DNA of 32,000 bases from Pseudodesulfovibrio piezophilus C1TLV30 (GTDB taxonomy: Bacteria; Desulfobacterota; Desulfovibrionia; Desulfovibrionales; Desulfovibrionaceae): positions 3,272,411 to 3,304,410 of the forward strand of contig NC_020409.1 of assembly GCF_000341895.1 (NCBI RefSeq), written 5' to 3'. Below are positions 27,201-32,000 of the stretch, piece by piece. Every line of letters begins with the position of its first letter. Positions within the stretch are counted from its first letter, which is position 1. Below the pieces are notes generated by a model. The model had not been told where the DNA came from. It did no database searches and worked only from the letters and a program-made list of their open reading frames with translations. A program made the position numbers and the translations under genes.

Positions 27201-28002
27201 TGACGGTAGCGAGGGCGAGGAGCAAAGCTGCCGCATTACGAAGTTTGGCAGAGGTTCGCCCCACACAGTAGACAGCAAATGCGCTGATATATGGAACCAG
27301 GACGGCCAGGGGCCAGGGACGTTCGAAATTGGGGAGATGCTCATGCGCGTTCTGGGGCGTCAACGCCATGGCCATCTGCTCACATGCGTGGATCAGTGGT
27401 TCAGGGAAAATGGTCAATGCCGCTGTCAGGGTCGCCAGGCCGAAGCAAAGGATGCCGGAAACCGACATACTCTCGGTAACAGAGACCGTGTCTTTGTCTC
27501 CCTTTTCAAAACAGATCGCCTGGATTGCGCGCAGTATGTAGATGGCGGCGATGATGGTCCCGATGGTGGCACTGGCAGCGATGATGTACCGCCCGCTGTC
27601 GATAGCCGCGTACATGACCACAAATTTGCTGATTGCTCCCTTGAATGGGGAAAGTCCCATAAAGGAAAACATGGCAAACCCGAAGAGTGTCGCAGTGTAG
27701 GGCATTGCGCGATGAATGCCGCGAAGATCTTTTATCTCCCATGATCCGGCGCAGGAGGCGAGTCGGTAGGCTGCGAGGAAGGCCAGGCTGCGGATGACAA
27801 CTTGGTAGACGAGGTGAAGAACGGCGCCTGTGGCGGCCAAGGGAGAGCCGATCCCGAAACCGATAAGCAGGTATCCACATTCGGCACATGTAGAAAGAAC
27901 GAGAAGCCGTTTGAGATTACCTGATGACCTGAGTGCCAGTACTTCACCGAAGAGAAGCAGGATGGCTCCGCATAAAGGAGTGACCTGGAAAACGAACTGC
28001 AT
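24238..28002 (-). CDS. cooM: Large polytopic membrane subunit CooM (fused NuoL/M/N- or Mrp-antiporter-like modules)
   Basis: 1254-aa ORF with the ATG at 28002 preceded by AGGAGG. Antiporter-like motifs are repeated (e.g. IKRMLAYSTLAQVGEI, VLIYSTVSQMAYIL, WLPDAHP). The size and first position match CooM of the cooMKLXUH operon. Confidence 0.88.
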   Translation of the reverse strand: MQFVFQVTPLCGAILLLFGEVLALRSSGNLKRLLVLSTCAECGYLLIGFGIGSPLAATGAVLHLVYQVVIRSLAFLAAYRLASCAGSWEIKDLRGIHRAMPYTATLFGFAMFSFMGLSPFKGAISKFVVMYAAIDSGRYIIAASATIGTIIAAIYILRAIQAICFEKGDKDTVSVTESMSVSGILCFGLATLTAALTIFPEPLIHACEQMAMALTPQNAHEHLPNFERPWPLAVLVPYISAFAVYCVGRTSAKLRNAAALLLALATVIVTWQMQGLDALSNLTALLFATLCSVVVLYSIGYIKETTHTNRYFFFLFLMFGSLIGVTTATDMGTFYLFWELMTWTSYLLVIHKQTQGALKAGYKYFIMCASGASIMHYGILLWHSSSHTFDIAALGSATAHMPPATLAIIAMLFFIGLGVKAGLFPMHSWLPDAHPVAPSSISAPMSGILTKAGLFGLIKFLPLFAAGAIPFWTPALSSLLPNTIMAAGGCTLLLGEIMALRQTDIKRMLAYSTLAQVGEIAIILGINTWITTTGALGHVVNHAIMKNLLFLAAGAFILRAGSQQIEKLSGLGRKMPVTGVCFVIGTLAIMGLPPFNGFVSKFLMLHAAIQAGFYPVAGLLLLGSLIGAVYYSRLLKVLFFQPCEKDTVLEVPLSMRLGMMLLAAACVLFGIEPNLWLDKVILAANAAWGVTNHPALPDLSLHWPIATLIPLAGAAATFVLNNNKLQALVAALSSALAGGVLLIMSPAPAPYALGFALLVTFSATLSFIYSAGYMDHSHTQWRFYTTCLLMVSGLTGLSLSTSLFNFFAFWEIMSSWPLFFAIIHEESSEALKEGTKYFLFNLAGASMIFIGILLLGNLAGTYDMQTIAGLLPTLETRAWLAPMIFIGAGLFMKAAMLPLRIDWQMHPATAPTPISGYISAVLLKSAPLGILILCFVLGADIRSTSAMTGLMHCGTWIAAVTLFYAAFKAVTQSGIKGVLIYSTVSQMAYILLGICLGTSLGVAGGMMHLVNHMVFKNLAFLCAGALMYRTHAHSLEELGGIGKRMPLTTMAFGIATLSAAGIPPFSGFTSKWILYHALLQENQIVLVLLALSGSVLTLAYFAKFLHAAFFGQLAPHNENVTEVSPAMRIPMVILSVLSLVMGVFPGLVLKPIALIEASLGIPPVTVVLGGITDGPGAWNAPLIAFMLLIAAALIRLILSAMSGKVRQTPIHLCGIADLPTASTNVTAPNVYEAPLQFVTRLQGLIRAPFIKENI

Positions 28003-28050
28003 ATCTGAAACCTCCTACCCCCCTTATAAAGGGATGTCGGGAGAGGTTTC

Positions 28051-28066
28051 TGTCCATTCTTTGACA
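28051..28066 (-). promoter_or_regulatory. CooA/CRP-type palindromic box TGTCC-N6-TGACA upstream of cooM
   Basis: TGTCCattcttTGACA, centred 56.5 nt upstream of the cooM ATG and 16-31 nt downstream of the cooA stop. TATAAG on the minus strand (28023-28028) lies about 32 nt downstream of the box centre, which is class-II-like geometry. Confidence 0.7.
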
Positions 28067-28081
28067 AAACCGAAATTGAGA

Positions 28082-28738
28082 TCACAAAGGGAGTTGGGTG
28101 GCCTTGTAGAGTCTGTCCATATCGGGAATGAAGAATGTGCCCCGGCCCTGTTTTTCCAGGAGACCGGATTTGTACATGTCGTTGAGCAGGGTGGAAACCA
28201 TCTGTCGGGATGCTCCGACGATTTGTGCGATCTGTTCCACGGTCATGGTGGTATTCAGGAGTGTGCCGCCATCTTGTGCCCTGCCGGAGGTGAGAGCTTC
28301 TTCATAGAGGAACAATGTCAGTCTGAGTTCAGTATCGCGAAAGGCGAATCCGTCAATGATCGAGAAAGAACTCGACAAAAGCTCTCCGAGCACCTTGACC
28401 ATGGTCATGGTGAATTCACTGTGTCTGACAGCAATCTCGCGAAACATTTTAACAGGACAGACGAACATGACTCCGTCTTCAAGAGCTTCGCATGTGGCTC
28501 GGGTGTGGGTACTGTAGATATCGCCGGGGCTGAGGATAGTCAGCATGAATTCGCGTGAAGGGGATGTCAGGAAAACCCTGGCTCTGCCCTCTTTCACTAT
28601 GAAGACATGGTTGATGTCATCATCCGGGGTGCTCAGGAGTTCTCCCTTGCGAAATTTTCGGGTGTTGAACGCCTTCAGGATATCTTCATGTCCCGGAGCT
28701 TCCAGGACTTCAATCAGGTCAAGACTGGTCAACTTCAT
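28082..28738 (-). CDS. cooA: CO-sensing heme transcription activator CooA (CRP/FNR family)
   Basis: The track ORF begins with TTG at 28813. The ATG at 28738 gives 218 aa, about the size of R. rubrum CooA. GDIYSTHTRATC aligns with the R. rubrum heme-ligand region GDMFCMHSGC and places a His at residue 78. The helix-turn-helix segment TVEQIAQIVGASRQMVSTLLNDMYKSGLLEKQGRG resembles the CooA recognition helix region (comparison from memory). The RBS for the ATG is weak, so the start is uncertain. Confidence 0.8.
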   Translation of the reverse strand: MKLTSLDLIEVLEAPGHEDILKAFNTRKFRKGELLSTPDDDINHVFIVKEGRARVFLTSPSREFMLTILSPGDIYSTHTRATCEALEDGVMFVCPVKMFREIAVRHSEFTMTMVKVLGELLSSSFSIIDGFAFRDTELRLTLFLYEEALTSGRAQDGGTLLNTTMTVEQIAQIVGASRQMVSTLLNDMYKSGLLEKQGRGTFFIPDMDRLYKATQLPL

Positions 28739-29101
28739 TTTGGATTGCACGGAAGCCTCTTCTTTCGAATAGTGAGCGATGCCCGGTCGTAGGGATAACT
28801 GTCTTATGAACAACTAACCATGGTTCAGGCGAAGCGGATGGTTACTGAACAGACTGGGTGGGAACTGTCCATGGTAGACACTTTAGCTTCTTTTGCAGAC
28901 CTTGTGAAGTCCCCCTCTCCATATAAGTTGATTATGGTCAAGAATAAAATTATTGATTACAAAACTTTATCGTCTTGAAATGGAGAGAAGTTGCGCTCGC
29001 TTCCACATCGGGCATGTGAGCCACAGGCGGTCAAACGTCTTTTCAAAGAGTGTTTCAAACCGCTTTGCGAAAATGACGGCATGAGAAACAGGGAGAATCC
29101 A

Positions 29102-31666
29102 CTACTCAATGACAGTGGGCGTCTTGCTGACTCCAGCGAATGACGGCTCCTCATTTTCAGTCTCTGGATTAAGGCTTGCTATGAGTTCATTCAATTCCAT
29201 CGCAACCCTGGAGAGCTCGGTACATGCCTGGGCGGATTGTGTCATGGCTTCACTCGTGTTTTGGGAAATCTGATGCATGTCTTCCGTGGCTTGCGTGATC
29301 TGCTCCGAGGTGGAGGATTGCTCCTTGGCTGCCATGGCTATTTCCTGAACCTGTTCCGAGGAATTCTGTGAAAGCGTGACTATTTCAGCCAGTGATTGTC
29401 CAGCTGTCTCCGCCAGTGAGGAACACGTTTCAACAACGGTAGCCGCTTTATCTGTTTCAGCTATATTTTGTTGGGTTACGGCTTGAATTGCCTTGATGGC
29501 GTTGCCGACTTCCGTCGTGGCGACCATGGTCTTTTCAGCCAGTTTGCGGACTTCATCGGCGACGACCGCAAAACCTCGACCGGCATCACCCGCCCGAGCC
29601 GCTTCAATGGCAGCATTCAGGGCAAGCAGGTTTGTCTGGTCCGCGATGTCCGTGATGACAGTGATGATTCGACCTATTCCCTCGGCTTGGAGTCCGAGGT
29701 CGCTCATGTTTGTCTTGAGGCCCGAGGCAAGGAGACGCACTTCGTTGACGGACGAAACAACCTTGTCAACGATGCTGTGCCCTTCATGGGCCTGACTCCT
29801 CGCCAATTCGGCGTTGTGGGCAGCCTGGCTTGCATTTCGGGCGACTTCCAGGACCGTGATATTCATCTCTTCCATGGCTGTCGCAGTCTCGGTTGCCCGT
29901 GCATTTTGTTCATCGGCTCCCTGTCGTGACTCCTCCACTCGTACGGAAAGTTGGCCCGATGCCGAGGCCATTCGTTGGGAAAGACGTCTGGCCTCGCCTG
30001 CCACATGAAGCATGGTGCGTTGGGATTCAAGGATTTCGGTTTCATCGACAACGACTTCAAGGGCCCCGGCTATTTCTCCTTTATCGCCTTGCAGGGGAAT
30101 GGCATATCCCTTGATATCCTTGGTGCCTGTTTGCAGATTAGCACGCATGGCACTGCTTTCACTCTGGACTTCATGCATCGCTTTGGAGCAGATACAGTTG
30201 GTCGTTCGGCAGATGTCGGTATTGAAAACTTCGTGGCATTTGTGACCGACCAACACGGTGTCGGTTCCGGCATATTGGCTGGTTGTGCGATTGGCATAGA
30301 GGAGATTGTACTGGGTATCGATAGTGAAAATGGGGAATGGGAATGTATCGAAAGTGGCAGTGAATGTCTCTGCCAGGGTATTCATACTACGAATCAGTTG
30401 GGCATAAGCTCCTTCATATTTCGACTCGTCGCCTCGAGCTGTCAGATTTCCCTTGCGAACCTTGGCGGAAATGGCTTCGCAATCCGAGATGAGGTCAGAA
30501 AGCCGGGCCGGGATCTGGCTCACGGATTGTCGGATACACCCAAGTTCATCTTGTGAATGTGATTCCATGTCTCGTGTCAGGTTACCTTTGGCGACGTCTT
30601 CCGCAAAGAGGCAGATTCGGTTTAACGGCTTGAAAACGGCAAAGGGAAGAACTCCGAGGACAGAGAGAATGGGAATGAGTACAGAGAACAGGAAGATGCC
30701 GAGCACAAGCATGGTTGCGCCGTCGAGAATACTGTTTTGGAGAGAAATGTCCTGTGCCAGGGCGATGACCCCTATGGGATGCCCTTGATAGTCGCTCACC
30801 GGAAGATACGCTAGGGCGTAATCGCCTGAAACAGTGACAAATCGCTCTTTGACCCCCCGGCGCAAATTTCCCAGTGTAATGGCGTTGCTCACTGTCAAAT
30901 TTTCTTTACCAGCCACACGAACAAAAGCGTTTTCAATGACGGGGTATTGTTTCGGGTTCTGCAATTTTGTTGTGGTTGAGAGAAGCGATGCGTCCATATA
31001 GAGCGAAAAGAATTGGTTTTCGTCCTTTTGCAACGATTTGAAGACATCCTCATAGCTTTTCAAGACTTCAACGGACCCGAGCTGGTGCCCGGTGGCGTCA
31101 ATAACCGGTGCCAAACCACGAATGGCGAAACCTCCTCGGCCAGGCTCTATTCCGCGCCGAGGTTTACCATCTCTGTTCACGTCAATGACCGTCTGTCTGA
31201 AACTGGAGATATCGTCTGAGATATCAACCCACTTTCCGTTTCGCTTGGCTTGTTTGTCACGCCACATGCGGACCAGGCTTCTTCCGTTGGGGAGATGGAA
31301 ATGCAGGCGAAGTTTTTCGCCGAGGGTCTTGTCGTATCCCGAGAGAACCGGGGCGAGAGTGTGCCTTAGATTGTCACGAGCCTGTTGCACTGTCAGGTCG
31401 CTTTCTGCGTTAATATTTCCTTCATGGGCCAGCTTGAATGCTTGGATAACCGAGGGCATTCGGCTGAATAAGGCGGCTTCTTCCAGCGCCCTGACAGAGG
31501 CTTCTTCGGTATTCAATTCCACTGTCTGGGCCACTCCGCCGACCAGCATCTGGGCAAAGGAAGCGCGCAGATCCCCGAATTGACCGGTGAGAAGAAAATA
31601 GCCGATCCCGCCCACAAGAAGGACCATGGGGAGAATAGGCAGCAGAATTTTATATTTGATACTCAT
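29102..31666 (-). CDS. Methyl-accepting chemotaxis protein: large periplasmic Cache-like sensor, HAMP, Cys-rich PAS-like insert, MA signalling domain
   Basis: 854 aa. There is an N-terminal TM helix ([20 protein letters not shown]), a ~300-aa periplasmic region and a second TM helix ([22 protein letters not shown]). The highly conserved MCP hairpin is present: [39 protein letters not shown]. Confidence 0.9.
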   Translation of the reverse strand: MSIKYKILLPILPMVLLVGGIGYFLLTGQFGDLRASFAQMLVGGVAQTVELNTEEASVRALEEAALFSRMPSVIQAFKLAHEGNINAESDLTVQQARDNLRHTLAPVLSGYDKTLGEKLRLHFHLPNGRSLVRMWRDKQAKRNGKWVDISDDISSFRQTVIDVNRDGKPRRGIEPGRGGFAIRGLAPVIDATGHQLGSVEVLKSYEDVFKSLQKDENQFFSLYMDASLLSTTTKLQNPKQYPVIENAFVRVAGKENLTVSNAITLGNLRRGVKERFVTVSGDYALAYLPVSDYQGHPIGVIALAQDISLQNSILDGATMLVLGIFLFSVLIPILSVLGVLPFAVFKPLNRICLFAEDVAKGNLTRDMESHSQDELGCIRQSVSQIPARLSDLISDCEAISAKVRKGNLTARGDESKYEGAYAQLIRSMNTLAETFTATFDTFPFPIFTIDTQYNLLYANRTTSQYAGTDTVLVGHKCHEVFNTDICRTTNCICSKAMHEVQSESSAMRANLQTGTKDIKGYAIPLQGDKGEIAGALEVVVDETEILESQRTMLHVAGEARRLSQRMASASGQLSVRVEESRQGADEQNARATETATAMEEMNITVLEVARNASQAAHNAELARSQAHEGHSIVDKVVSSVNEVRLLASGLKTNMSDLGLQAEGIGRIITVITDIADQTNLLALNAAIEAARAGDAGRGFAVVADEVRKLAEKTMVATTEVGNAIKAIQAVTQQNIAETDKAATVVETCSSLAETAGQSLAEIVTLSQNSSEQVQEIAMAAKEQSSTSEQITQATEDMHQISQNTSEAMTQSAQACTELSRVAMELNELIASLNPETENEEPSFAGVSKTPTVIE

Positions 31667-32000
31667 AAGTGATCTCCTCCAGTCGCCATTTGGATTTGAA
31701 GCAACTCCTTGGGAGTCACTTGTCCATTCGCGTCAGCGTCGTCTGGAATAGTCAGAAATCGGCGACAAGTTTGTCCGTATGTTCAGATATTCAGACCTGA
31801 TATACTGTTGATAAGTCTTCTGTACAGAACATGGAGGATTGTTCCAAAAGGAACAAATAAAATGAGGAAATGGTCGGATTTTCTACAATTCTCTCTCAAA
31901 AATTGTGAAAAAAAACACAACCCAACTTACTGATATAGTGTAGTTCTTATTACTACATGTATAAAAAATCAATGAAAAAAGGGTGTTCGAGTTGAGTTGT

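Noticed and set aside
31881-31905. Short inverted repeat ACAATT-N10-AATTGT followed by an A-run near the right edge, considered as a terminator. A similar TGTAGT-N7-ACTACA repeat lies at 31939-31957.
   Set aside because: These are 6-bp AT-rich stems with large loops and no U-tract in the correct orientation on either strand. Such repeats are expected by chance in AT-rich DNA.
1-32000. Search by eye for CRISPR arrays, tRNA/rRNA genes, IS elements, integrases, toxin-antitoxin pairs or defence genes.
   Set aside because: I found no spaced direct repeats, no cloverleaf-like or rRNA-like segments in the intergenic regions, and no transposase or integrase-like ORFs. All ORFs above about 110 aa that are not shadows are metabolic, regulatory or chemotaxis genes.

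Overview
The window is densely coding, with moderate GC by eye and tightly coupled operons. Gene content points to an anaerobic Desulfovibrio-like (Desulfovibrionales) chromosome; that assignment is inference only. Contents from left to right:

(1) A cytoplasmic molybdopterin oxidoreductase carrying an unusual C-terminal glutamine-amidotransferase-like domain with a degenerate catalytic triad (402-3086, +).

(2) A four-gene alpha-glucan/glycogen operon on the minus strand (3224-11919): debranching enzyme, GT4 glycosyltransferase, GH57 amylase, and a 1413-aa GT3 glycogen-synthase/GT35 phosphorylase fusion.

(3) A ~920-bp AT-rich divergent intergenic region.

(4) A two-gene Tat-exported molybdoenzyme on the plus strand (12855-16522), made of a TtrB-like FeS subunit and a TtrA-like catalytic subunit, with no membrane-anchor gene.

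(5) A complete CO-oxidising/H2-evolving Coo module on the minus strand (16643-28738): cooA, cooMKLXUH, hypA, cooF, cooS, cooC. It includes two near-identical TGTCC-N6-TGACA CooA-type boxes that define two transcription units.

(6) An 854-aa methyl-accepting chemotaxis protein with a Cys-rich cytoplasmic PAS-like insert (29102-31666, -).

I saw no rRNA, tRNA, CRISPR array, transposase or integrase. I see no convincing evidence for a wholly undescribed multi-gene system, because every large ORF belongs to a recognisable family. The items most worth follow-up are the oxidoreductase/pseudo-GATase fusion, the anchorless double-Tat TtrBA-like enzyme, the synthase-phosphorylase fusion, the paired CooA boxes, and the Cys-rich MCP next to the CO regulon. 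All family assignments rest on motifs read by eye and on remembered reference sequences, not on computed searches.
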